This document shows positions 22,871 through 35,889 of a stretch of DNA of 64,000 nucleotides, in pieces (the stretch's first letter is position 1; every line of letters starts with the position of its first letter). The stretch comes from Lepidodermella squamata (taxonomy: Eukaryota > Animalia > Gastrotricha), in the NCBI GenBank assembly GCA_047495785.1, contig JBLDXI010000058.1, forward strand, positions 62,001 to 126,000, read 5' to 3'. The position numbers and the translations under genes were made by a program. The notes beneath the pieces were generated by a model, which saw only the letters and a list, made by a program, of their open reading frames with translations, did not search any database and was not told the origin of the DNA.

Positions 22871-25800
22871 ATGCACAACATTTTAGACAAGTTCTTTCCA
22901 AAGCGCGGCCAAAGCAAGGCTAGAGCTAGCGGATCGACGAGTGACTACGAATCAGGCAACTCAGCCCCTCTCTCCCCGCCATCGCCGTCTATGTCAGTGG
23001 ATGCTCGTCTCATGACAACCTCCGGTAATGAAGAATGTTTTCAACTGAAAAATGATGTTGAAAATGTCTTTTATTAGATGTGCGAATTCGCAAAGCTGCC
23101 GCCATGGAGGGAAACCCGCCAGCTGATCAAGTAAACTTATGCTTGCAAAACAGAATATTTTTAACCAAATGCCTACTACGTTTTAGAATTCGAGGAGTCG
23201 AAGGGGCTTCATATGGTTGAAAAGCCGTCGAGAACGAGGCAGCCTTAGCGAGCTGAGTCTGCCGGCCAACGCCAGATTCTTGCCGACAACTACTGCTGAC
23301 ATAAAATCGCCAACATCGGTTTCAGTTTCGTTAAACGGCATGCAAGATCCAGTTGACAGGCAAGTCAAGTCGCCGTCGCCAAGCTCTGCAGTATCCGATG
23401 CACAGTCCTACAGCTACGCATCACTGAGTCGAGAAAACAGCGAAAGCACACGGCATGCCACCGCTTACCAGCCTTCAACTGAGGTGAGGGAGTAATGTTT
23501 TATTTTTTCATTAGAATCCGCTAAATTCATTGTACTTGTCATTGTGAGGACTTCATTTGATGAATAAGATATAGGAAAGCGAGACATTAAGACCTTCTGC
23601 AGACCTCGCCAAAGCAATGAAGCGTAATGAAAAAAAAACAAGGCCGAGCGCAATTTGATAATTTGATACGCAAAACACGCCCGACTGGTTGTTCCGATCA
23701 ATCAGACCATATCACAAATTCATCCATCTATGCGATATTGTCAAAATATATGCTGCGATATATCCGTTTCTGTCAGATAACAATGGCAGCATAGCTGCGT
23801 GTCTTCGCCCGCGCTTCAGATGAGATTTATCGGTCACCCTTTTTTCTCAATCTCTAAGTGTACGAGTACATCTTGACCGGCATCGACACTTCATAATATA
23901 AAATGAATTAGCATCATGGAGGTAGGACACATTCGACAGCTAATGAATGCAAATCAGTTTTATTTGTGCATATTACAATGAATGGCACAATTTCCTATCT
24001 ATAAAGGCAATAGAATTTATGAAATAAATGGGACGGCTATGGCGGCGGGTTGCGCGCGCGTATCGATGAAAAGGGCGCCGAAGAAATGCGCCGGGAAATG
24101 CAATTTTAGCGGTCGTTGCATTTTTGTCGCGGACTAGCTAATGGGATATGGGAAATTTATTACTACCTTATTACGGCTGCTGCAGCAGTGTGGTAGATGG
24201 CTCGGTTGCGCCTGGACTGTATTTTCTAATGAATTCCAACTCTGCGACACGCCGCTTCGCTTCTGTGTGTGCTGCGGTGCTGGCGCCTCTATATTGCATT
24301 ACAAACAATTTCGCATACAAATTTTTTGTAGTGCGATGCGATTGCTTGTTTGATGCAATAAATATTATATGAGTAGAATCTCGCGCGCGCATGTCTCCCG
24401 ATATCCGTGTTGGTCGTCGGCAATGGGAATTAATCGAAATATGCATGTACACAATGGCCCCAGATTTCTTCTGCCTTTGAGCGCACACTATTTAAGACGA
24501 TGCGCTACCGGGCGGGCGTCAGACTCGCATTTCCTCTTCTCACGCTCCGCAAAAATTGACATTTACTGCGCAACTCATTTTTTATTCATCAGTATAACGC
24601 AATATCCACCTGAAATGAGTCGGCTAATAATTTACATAATCTTGAGCCTAAATATATTTGCAGTTTATTTCTTTACCGCAGCACCGTCTTGTCAACAAAA
24701 TAATATGTTATCAATAGAATTTACAAAGTATAGCTAGCCTTTCTCTTCGCGCAATTTCAGCGAGAACATTCTAAATAGATTAAAAGCCAATTACGCAAGT
24801 GTTAATAAGCTAATTTTTGGTTGCGAGCTTGGCCCAATATGTTTCTGCTCAGAGTGACCATTAGCCCATTTGTTGGAATAAAAAAATTTACTCTGCGATC
24901 TGTCTAATCGAATTTTAGATATTTTGCGCTGGCTATTTCCCTTGGGTCATAATCAAGCCTAAAGATAGTCTGTACTGCATGACAAGTGGCATAATAAATT
25001 GTCGTCGATCGGCGATCTAGTTTCATTTTCCTTATTTTATCGGTTTGTTACAACAATTTATCTTTTTCTCATGGCGCGCATCATATTGACCACTATATCC
25101 TTTCACCCTCGTAATTGCACTTTCTTGTATTCAGCTTTTATATTAAACCGCTGCTGCACTTGCTTTATCGCCGTTTGCTCGTCGAAACGATGCGGCTCAT
25201 CTTCATTTCACGTTGAAACCGATAATTCGAAACAGAACGCAATATATAACCTGAATGGTTTTTTCCTTTGTGTGTTTTTTTCGGGGTTTATTCTAGAACT
25301 CGTGAAACATAGGTTTGAGCCGAAGTTACTTTTCAATTGTGTAAAGGGATACATATATTTATCTCCGCGGGTTTCGCAGTTGAAACAGCGTAAAAATGTC
25401 AAGCCTTTTCTCTTAGTTGAATTTCAGCGTCTCTGCGCTCTTTTTCATCCTGACACTGTGATGAGTGCTGCAAGCTGCAATTCGTATTATCAAAGGGGAA
25501 TTCGTAGGGACAATAGAGCATTTCAGCAATTCTTCCAGCTATTTTTCTAATGCATGTTAAATTGAACTTTAGTGAAGAGTTTCATTGAGATGACATGAGC
25601 AGAGAATACCTGGTCAATGATATCGGATATTTCTGATCAATGGTGAAAAAACTCGCGATCCGTACTTGATCGTATATTATGATCGCTTCTCGCCACACAC
25701 CAATCTTTAACAAAGTTGTACTCCAAATAGCATACCATCGGAGACTTGAAAGAAACGATAAAGGTCGTAGACTGTTATTGTTTCCAGCCGTGCACGAATG

Positions 25801-28800
25801 TAGCTACTTATTGTAATAATTCATAAGTACCGCAGCCAGCTTGTTCTTGTGCTAAGCTGTAGTTTCGATATTTTCGTTCCGCGAAATAACATCGCCCAAA
25901 TAATCGCCTAGTACCTACATGGGGCTGGCGATTACGATAGCAATAAAGCTCCGCTAATCATACCGTATGATCAAACTTACAGCTTAGCTGTTTCCGCTGA
26001 TCTCGCTTGTTTGCTTAATAAATAATGCACCGGTGGTCAACTTTGATCTCTTTTATGCTCATTGCAAACTTGTTATGTACAATTTATACCTACAACAACC
26101 AATAACAATAACAACTACAACAATTATAGCATTAATATAACAATCGCGCATATTGCGTTCAAAAAGGAACACTCAGTGCTTTAATCGACTTTATTCCACT
26201 TAGCACTGTGAATTTTTGCTCGACTTGGCTCGACTCGAGTCACTCGATATTTTAGTATTCTTGCCTCACGTTCTCTCTTCATCGCGCTTATTCATAATTT
26301 TCTCGCTAATAATTAGTAAAAACCTTGCTTTATTAATTTTTCTATCTGATGCTGCAAAGGTGTATTCACGAAATATTAATTTTAAAATGATTATTCACCG
26401 TAATAGACATCAGCATGGACTGCTCAACAGCGGCGCAATCGCATAGCATCGAATGGCACTCTTACTGATAGCAATGCAACACTAAACAGTGGTACTTTGG
26501 GACGACCGAGCAATCATCACCGCTTCCCTGCCACGTCTCAGTATCCTTCCGCCACAGCACTACTGTCGCCAGGCGGGTTAACAACTACTTCCGAATACTA
26601 CTACAACGCCAACGGCCAGCCAAGCGCTTATCAGCCTATCATGGCGTCTCAGACCCAACAACAAGTTTCATCGATAAATTCAACGTTACCGGCGCGCTTC
26701 AAGAAAAAAAGCGAACAGCAACAGCTGCACCAGGCGCGGATTGCAAGCGAGCAACAGCGCCAAAATCAACAGCTTCAACAACAACAGCTGAATGCCACCG
26801 GTGGCGGGGTTAGTTTTCCGATCATAAATTTGTAACAGTTGCATTTTTTATTCTACTTCAAAGATTGTCGTTGCCGGGGGCGATGTCACTGTGCTCCCAG
26901 CTGCTGGGATCTACTACAGCAGCGGTTCTAGATCACGCTCGCTCACGCCCGGGCCTTGCAATTTCCAGCAAGTGCAAGCGGTGCCCGCGCAGCAGTTCGA
27001 ACAGGCAAACACGGCTTCATCTGGAGCAGTTGCCATGGCTAGAAATGGAACCTTGGTACGAAAGCCAGACGAGCGACTGCTCGAGAATCAGGAGTACGGG
27101 AAAGCATATGCCGCATCGTCTTCAACGAAAAGCTGTAACTTACCAGCGCCGCAGCAACTAGTGGGATCGGCGACGCGCTGTCTCGTTTACCTGGTGTACC
27201 GGGGCGAGACACGCCGGGCACTGCTGCCAGTGCCTCTGTCACTGAACCACGACCAATTGCTGGCATTTTTCTACCAGTCATTTCCTTCGCTGGCGAGGTC
27301 GCGAGCCCGCCTCGCTTCACCTGCCTTCCTTGTACTAGACCCGAGGTCAACCATTTACCAGCAACTTGTCGACATGAGGTATAGTTTTTATAATAGCTGA
27401 TTTCTGATTTATGTTGTTATGATTTTTTCAGGCAAATCACCGATCGCTGTGTGATCAAGCTGGTCGACCAGCAGCAACAGCATGTGGTGCCAATGTCGAA
27501 CAGTGCGCATCAATTCGTGTCGCCAGGTCATGCGGGACAGGCTGGGAGTCTGCGCCTGCTCGGCGCTTCCACAACCCTGACTACGTCTGTAATGGCCTCG
27601 CCGCAACCGCAGCCGCAACAGCTCGACGCAAATGGCACTTACGTGGCGCGTTCCAGCTCGTTCAGTGACTTTGGCGGAGTTAGCGACACAGCAACGCCCT
27701 TCGCCAACGCACAGCCCGGTCCTTTGCTCGTGCCGGCGTCGTCTACTTCTCAAGAGAGCGGCGGAACTTTGCGCCGGACGCAGCACATAATATCGACGCA
27801 GCTGCAGCAACAGCAACAACACCAACAACAGGTATTGTTCGTTTATCAATAATTAATTTATGCCCGCGTCTTGTAATGGTAATCGAATTGGCGGTGGCTA
27901 TGCACACTCTGAATGGTAAAATACTCAGGCATTAAGTAACGAGTGTGCTTTCGACAGCAGGCTAGGAAATGAGAAAGTAGCGCGCCATCTCCATTTCGAG
28001 CGGTGTTTTGCTTTCATTGTGTCGAGCACAGCCCCTTGTCCTCCTGTCGATTATGTTCCTGTCATTCTTGCTTATTACTTCAAGTTTCAGCCGATATGCT
28101 CCATAGTAATATATCACCACGGTCTGTTTTTTTGGCCATAAGCCTAATCTGATTCCGTTGTTGGTGCCTCACGCTCCGTAATGACGTCTAATGAGTTTCT
28201 TACGTGTTCACACCCGCAGCCGAAACGGCTGAGGTCTATTAAGAATAGGGCCGAGTAGCAAAACAATAATGTGGCATGATACTGCGCAAATTACTCGCGA
28301 ATTTGAAAGGCGCATGTACTCGTGCGCAGCCGGATGCAGTGCGACCAGCGGCGAGAAACAAGCAAGCGCCGTCTTTGGCGCCTCTGCGCCACTCCGCCGC
28401 CTCACAACAGTGCTCATATTTTTGTATGGCGTATTAGTGATTTTTTTCACTGAAATTCGCGGGCGCCGAAATATCAGCGATGAGGCTTTGCTGATAACAT
28501 AATAGGCGCACAATAGCCGGGCAACTCGCCCATTTCTAATCATTATTATCTGACCGTCCCGTGATTTGTCGTCGCTATAACTCGTAATCGCTGCCTTTTT
28601 TGGCTCGCGATTTCAGCCGCGTCCGACCAGCTCGCTAGTCAACTAGCCGTTGAGTTGATTCGCATAATCCCGTTTTCTCGTATATTCAATTTGCGTTTCC
28701 TTAATGCGATCGTCCGTCATTGTCAACGCTGTTATATTGCGCAAAAAATTTATATTGCTCGGTTGCTCAAAGAACATAGAAGTAAAACACGCATCTGAGA

Positions 28801-31800
28801 TACCGCGCTTCAGTATATATGCAATCATCATCAGTCTTATCATAGCTCTCACTGGTTTCTACTTCTTTTATCGATCGATTCTTTGCTATGACGAAGTTGT
28901 ACATCCTTCGCGCAATCAAAGCCACCGATATTTGAACTCAAATCGCCATTTTTGGAAGCTGCTCGATTTTTACCGAGTTGATCAATACATTAGCCTGTGT
29001 GTCGCTTTGACGCGGAAGGGCTTCGGGCGAAAATTCATAAGCTTTCGTTGATGCTTATGCATTGTTAGTGCAGCTATTGCGATTATTCAGCTCCCTTATT
29101 TCTGTATATACGCGCTAAATCCAGTAATGAATACGAGCATCACCTATGCGAAAATTTTCATAGATACTCGCCTCACTGATCATCTCCGGCAAATAATATT
29201 ATCATTGAATTTGCAGCGACGCGTTTTTTAAGGTTTTTTTACCGCAGAGCCCGAACTGCGTCATCTTATTATTGTTGTCAAATCACGCGAGCAGGTCATT
29301 AAATTTCAATTTTTTTCGTCTTCATGGCCCACGATATGTTTGCACTGTCAACTTTTTTATTAAGAACGAATTTTTTGTTAACCTAATAATTGTAAAATCT
29401 CATTTGCGCACCTCAATGTTTTGAGATTGGAGCTACGAATTAGATCTTAAGCTGATGTCTTATGTTTTGTATCAATCAGAATAAAGCATTTTTGAAGAAT
29501 ATTTACTACTACCATGATACGATAGCAGACTAGCGTAAATGAAGGCCTCCGGCGCCATTGCGAATGAAGCCGTTTTTCGCAAGCGATTGGACCACTGCGA
29601 TGAGAGCAGCTTTCAGCTTTTGATGGCCGCCGCATCATGAGCGCAACTCTTGACAGGCGGCAGGCGCGGCCGGCAGCGCGCGGCGTAAACAACGGCGTTA
29701 ATGCCTGCTTGGATAACGCAGCAGCGTTCTCGACGAACTCGCTGAGCAGGCCCGGCGCTAAGCGCCTCGTGGCATTCGGGGGCGTTCGCGAAAAATCGTT
29801 CGATGCCGATCTCGAAACCATCGCATTGAAACCACCGGCGCGTAAGCCACCGGCGCCATCGTCATCTCTTCTCGCCAATAACAGTGGCGCATGCCAACCG
29901 TCTGGCAGATCTACTGCCAGCAACGACTTCTTCACGATGTCGAAACGGAACGCGTCTTGCCACAACGTCAGTTCCAACGATCGGTTTATTAATCCTACGG
30001 AGTGCTTCAGTGTCAACGGCACCTCCCGATTCTGGAACGTCACCGCCGGTTTTCACACGCCTCAGCCCTCGCCTCGCGTTAAAAGAGTTTCGTAGCGTCA
30101 AACTACTCTTATCTTAGACAATGTTTTCAACTCTCTTTATAATTCAATATTTTATTAAGCTCGAAAGCAAAGTTTCTTTGCATTGAAATATTTTTTTATT
30201 TTTATGCAGGTGAATTGGAATGACTCGATGGGCCGGCAAACTGCAATCCGAAATACCACCCCTCTCCAGTCTAATTATGCTGCGCAACCTTCGGCGCAAA
30301 TTCAGCAGCAGCATCAGCAACAACAGCAAGCTCAAAATTACCACCAGTCCCCCCAGCCTCAAACTTTACCAACTGCAACTACTGCTGCACCGCCTTCTGT
30401 CTATCAGACACCAGCAGCTGTGTCTACAGTCGACGTGGACACCCGTAACCGAATTGAGCGGATGGAGCAGCAGTTGGCAAGCCTTCGATCCCTGCTACAA
30501 CACGCTTTGGCAGACGATTCGACAGGAAAAAATGCAGCAACAGCCAACGGCGCCGCAACGTCGACCCCGAGCGGTAACTCGAATGCCAGCACTATCAGCC
30601 GGCCTGGGAAATTCAAGAAACAAGAAGAGGGCGACTACGACAAGCTTGGCGAGTGCGACATTCCCGCACCTGCCATCGCCGTCGCAGAGACTGTCACTCC
30701 GGAGCCAGCGCCCACAGTGCTCAACCAGCGGGCAGCCGAGCCAGTGCGAGTTTCCGCGGCTCAGGTCTCCTCGCAGTTCGCATCGCTCAAGTCGGAGCTT
30801 GGCGAGGTGCGTCGGCGAGCGGCGCGAAATGAAGTCGTGTCGAATGAGCTCGCGAATACTTTCGCTCGGGCAATCACCGAACGACTCGATTCACTGCTGC
30901 TCAACAACCGGTTCAAACAATCGTCACACGTATCGGCACTGTGCCAATGTCTATGTTTAGTTCAAGCCAAGTTGGTCGAACAGCTCGACGCCTTCGCCGT
31001 AGCATCTTGGCAGAAACGTGAAGCTGGCGAATGTGCTGCCCTCGCCGACTTCCTGCTCCACAGCGTTGAACACTTCCGCGAGACTGCTATCTCGCTAGAG
31101 CAGTGCTTCCAGACTACGGCCGGAGACGGCCAGTTCGACAACGTTGCCGCCGCGGACGGTCATGAAGAGTCATTGCGCGAACTCTGGAGCCGCATTGAAC
31201 AACTTGCAGTGAATGCCAACAGGTAAGATTGGTTTTTATACCTTATTTTCCGTGCATAAAAATATTACGTTTACTCATCAGTTTGCGCCAACTTGCGGAG
31301 AGCAAACGTGAGACGCAATCGGCACCTACGAGTACTACCAAGCCGTCGCTATCGAACGGGCATGCGGGCTTTCGTCATGAGGAGCAAATTTCGTCGGCGA
31401 CGATTATCGAAGACAGTATTGTCGGCGAGTCAACAATGCCGGCTCTGCAAAAAACGGCGCCGATTACCAACGGCAATAAGAGCCAGCACCACTTGCCAAC
31501 CAAAGAGTCTGATCAAACAGTGCCGGGGGCTGGCGGCGGCGGTGCTAATTACACATCGGAACATCAGCTGATCGATGACGACGGCGAATTCGACAATATC
31601 ATTCTGGTTGACGACGACGTAGCGCCAAATCCTGTCGACCAAGAAGTGAGCCCTAATCGGTGTGCCGACGACTCCGAGACCAAGACACAAACCATCGTTA
31701 CGACAACGGTTATTACGGAAGAGATTCTCGTACCCAGCATCAGCACAAAGAGACCTAGCCCAGCCAAAGAGCCTACTGATATGGCCGAGCGCAATGTGGC

Positions 31801-33408
31801 ATTCTCGAAAAATCCCTCAACGTGAGTTGATTGTCCCAGAATTCTTATTTTTAGTATAATTTGAGCGAGGCGAACTGACCCCCGCATTATTATTTTTGTG
31901 ACTGAATGCGTATAGCGATCATTATGATTCTCGCCTCTCATGTTTCTCACCCGCGTTTCTCATGAGACCAATATACGCAGTATCGCAGCCCAGTTGCGCG
32001 CTATTTATTTTAATTTGCATCTTTCTTGAATTTTCGCTTTTGCTGGGAAATGCGTAAATTATGTGAAAAGTTGCTGCGGCAATATTTCCCACGTTTCTAT
32101 TAAGGAATTCTTCTTGCAACAGGAAAGACTCACTTCGGCCGAAGTACTACAAGCACGCGTCGCTGCAGAAACCGGTGTTAGCTCCGCCACCGCCAGGTTT
32201 CGCCGACGACGTGAACATCCCCGATGACGAGGGCAGCGACTTCGAAGTCACGGTTTCCGTAGGTACCGGCAACGCAGCGGCTGGCATGCGTTCAGAAGAA
32301 GTTGCATCGGCGTTCGGCTACGGCGCTGGCCTCCCTCTCCGCGTCGACGGCTGTTTCACTGCCACTACGGCAAATGCAGCTGTCATGAGTGCATCAGTTG
32401 ACGGCACTAACAGCGCCAGTGTAGCGCCATCAAGGTAAGTCTATTGCATGATTCGCGGAAATGCTGATTTCAGGTCGATTTTATTAATCAGGAGCAAAAA
32501 ATTGACTGCCGATAGTCGGGCTGGAACCTTGGAGCGTTCAATTGACGCAAGCAACGGCACCATTCAACAACACGATGGAGCAAGTGCTGGGCAGCAGTTG
32601 TTAGACGCGACTTCTTCCGTGGGAACGCGAATGTCTAAATCTCCGGTGAGTTGAGAATCCGTTACGAATATCCTTTTCTACTTCTTTTGTTTTAACAGAA
32701 TGACGCGCTGTTTAGCAGTGGTAGCCGGCAAGCTCAGCCAGCCTCTGAGAGCAACTTGGTTACTTCAGATACTGTTGGCAAGCAGTTGCTGGCGACCCAT
32801 TTGCAGGCGGAATCCGAGCAAAATAGCGATCTAGATAGGCTTAGTGATTACAAGTCTGAACAGACTAATCCTAGCAGTCTCGAGCCGCCGCAATTTACCA
32901 AAAGCAAGTCGCCCCCTGCAGCCGCTAAACCTGCGAGCAACGGCAATAGCCGTAGCAAGGTTTTACTTGAAAGTCGGCCTATGCTTTCGTTCGAAGAAGA
33001 AATGGGCCCTAATACGAATCGTTCAAATGGCGGGCATCACCAGCAGCAACAGCAGCCGAGCCATTCGAACAACAAACCTGGCAATGAACACACCAAGAGT
33101 TGTTCGACAGTTGCTGATCATGGAACTGTCGTTTCGAATCTGAAAAACAAATCCGCCCCTAGCGTGAGCGACAACTTTCAACCTGCGCCAGGCGTTGTTG
33201 TAAATAAATATTGGAATAAGCCAAGGCCCGGCGAACCAGGTTGGTTGTGATTTAGTTTTTTTTACACTTTTATTTAATCATCGACACGTTTTCAGAAGCG
33301 GTTAAACCTAATCAAAGAGCGACTGTGCAAGTTGATGACTCGAAACTACATAATTGCGAGTGCGACGACCGAAGTAGCGATGAATGCAACGTCGTCGCTT
33401 ACGTGTGA
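22871..33408 (+). CDS. SRCIN1-like: SRCIN1 (p140Cap)/KIAA1217 (sickle tail) family coiled-coil adaptor with an AIP3/Bud6-like domain
   Basis: Exons 22871-23024, 23078-23130, 23187-23483, 26407-26808, 26864-27378, 27432-27831, 30210-31222, 31282-31821, 32123-32434, 32492-32645, 32699-33239 and 33296-33408 join in frame. LVYLVYRGETRR..FYQSFP..LDPRSTIYQQLVDMRQITDRCVIKL and TRNRIERMEQQLASLRSLLQHAL match the two conserved family blocks. Confidence 0.82.
29637..30086 (+). CDS. Putative alternative first coding exon of the SRCIN1-like gene
   Basis: GC-rich 150-codon ORF inside an intron. A phase-0 donor AGA|GTTTCG at 30086 fits the phase-0 exon at 30210. TTTCAG lies 20 nt upstream of the ATG. Confidence 0.55.
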
Positions 33409-35889
33409 AGGCTGATTTTTCTGTCATATATGATATTTATTAATGCAATGAAGGCGATTTCATGAGGATTTATATGCTATAACTCTCAAATTTGTATGAT
33501 TTTTTTATTCCCGAATTTTAATTTTATAAAACTCTGGTGTCCCCGCATGTTCTGATGCCCCTGCCATGCCTTCTCTTTTCGCAAAATGTTCGAAAAGAGA
33601 TCGCGTGCCTTACAGTATCGGTCGTAATAGCTTGGCTTAGCCGAACACTTTTCGAATAAATATTATTTGCCTGCAGTGAATATGGTATTCGCAACCGACC
33701 TCTAAAATATGTATACCGTTCGCAAGAAGAGCTGTGATATCTGGTCGAATAATTGCATTTTCAACGCCTTGAACAGCTTTCCTTGCAAACGGTCGCTACT
33801 GCGAGAACTCTCCTCGCACTTCTTCGAACAGATCTTCGAAATTAGTTTGGCATTTAAGGCGTAGAAACATTTCTGATCCACAGACCTTTCTATCAATCGA
33901 CTATTTCAGTTACTTCCTGCGCAAACTAGACGCTTATGGGACTCTTCTCCGCGAGCTTTGAAAAATGTACTATTCATTGAATATCTAAACGACTTATTCT
34001 CTGATATAATTATTAATATCTGAATAATTTTTCTATCGAAAATCACCGTGTTTCTTATTTTGAACTTGAATCTTGACCCGATTGAAGACGATGTTGTCGG
34101 TTGATGTGCCTGTCACAAGCGCGGATGCTTAGCAACAAATCGCAAATAAAATTTTGACAATCAACGAATTGGCGTGTTTTCATGACAATCAATTTTCATT
34201 TTTATTTGTAGCAATCCGTTTTCAAAAAACCGTTTTCCATCTACATTCTTCAAAGAAGATAATAATAACTTTTCTGTACATTTGTGATCCTTTCAGAACG
34301 ATTCACAAGAAACATTCATTACAGCAAATAATATGCAGCGCACAAGGACGAAGAAAAAAGTGGATTTGAATATAATATATATATCTATTATATAAATAAT
34401 ATTCTCGATATTTTTCCTTTTAATAAATAATCAGCTTCTCAATTTCAGCTTCAAGTCGAAGAGGGACGACTGACGATGATGCGGCCTTGCAAGTTTGGCG
34501 CACTCTTCAAGTCATCCTGCGCCCCAACAACCATAGTAGGTACACGATATGAAAGCTGCACATCTTCGACTCCGAACAAACACGAGATACGGTATAATTT
34601 CAAGCAGAAAAAGAGAGTACGCACTTGTTGCTTTGATGTTTCGTCTTTACAAAAGGCACGACAGTATCGTTTAGACGTTTTTTCAATGCCAAGCTTTGCA
34701 TGTTTTTTTTTACATAAAAAAGAGGGGAGACAACTGGAGGATGGCGGATGGGCGGAGAAGAATAAATTCGAGTTCACGATTGCAATATAACGTAACGTAG
34801 TTGAAGTAGGTAGAACTGTGGAATTGCGGTATATTATGCACGATAAGATCAGCGCGAGCTCGTGCACCATCGATTAATAAATTTTGTAACAAATAAGTCG
34901 GTGGAATCACTCTTTTACGTTGAGGGTAAGTAATTGCGATACCTAACTTTGCGATGTTTTAGAAAAGAAGTAAACCAAAACCCATCGTACGATGATAAGT
35001 TGCTCAATATCAATATATTTAATTAGCAAAAAAATAAAGCTATCATTGTTTTTATCAAAAGTCACAGATATCTTTTTCTACAACACGTTTCCAAATAATG
35101 ACCAAATCTACTGATTGGCGCCATTAACTTTCACTTCCTCCCCCTATTACAGTGATGATAGTAGGTAAGTGGAAGAGAAATTCATGAGCAGAAAAAAACT
35201 GCTTGTCACACGCAGACGAACTACATAGCCATTATATATATAGTATATACAATGTATCGAACTTTTGCAGCAGAGCACCGAGGAAGAAGGAACCTGATAT
35301 TTTGGCTAGCGAGACCCTAACTAGGACACGAAATACCCACGTCGATCGTTTTAGTACTCGATAGTTTTAAACTGATACAATTAGATTGAATAATTGCTGC
35401 ATCTAGTAGCTTATCATTTCGATAGATCATGCACGATTTTCGCCCAGCGGCGAGTAAATGACTAGACGCAACGAGCCTCCCAATCAAGTAGCATGTAGAA
35501 CAACGGGTTTAGTAGTCATAAACGTTTGCTTAGAGACCATTGGCAACCAACAAGTCAGCCCTGCTCAAACACAACAATGCATCGTTGTCCCTACTATCAG
35601 TAAACAGCAGTTGCAACTAGAACATGAATAGCTAAAGGATGAGAACTACTACGCTAGACAACGAGAATGAGACTGAAACAGAACGAAGGAACAGAATGTG
35701 TATAGAAGATGAAGTCCCTCATCGAAAAGTTAACATTAGCAGTCTAAGGCAGCAAGGCTGTCAATCCGCTCCTTGAGTAAAATGATGAATATGTTGCCGA
35801 GGAAGCCGCCGACTTCTGCCAGGCAGATGCAGCGAATCATCCGTAAAAATAGAAATATTTTTTCATTGCTAGCGAGACTTGGCGGCGGT

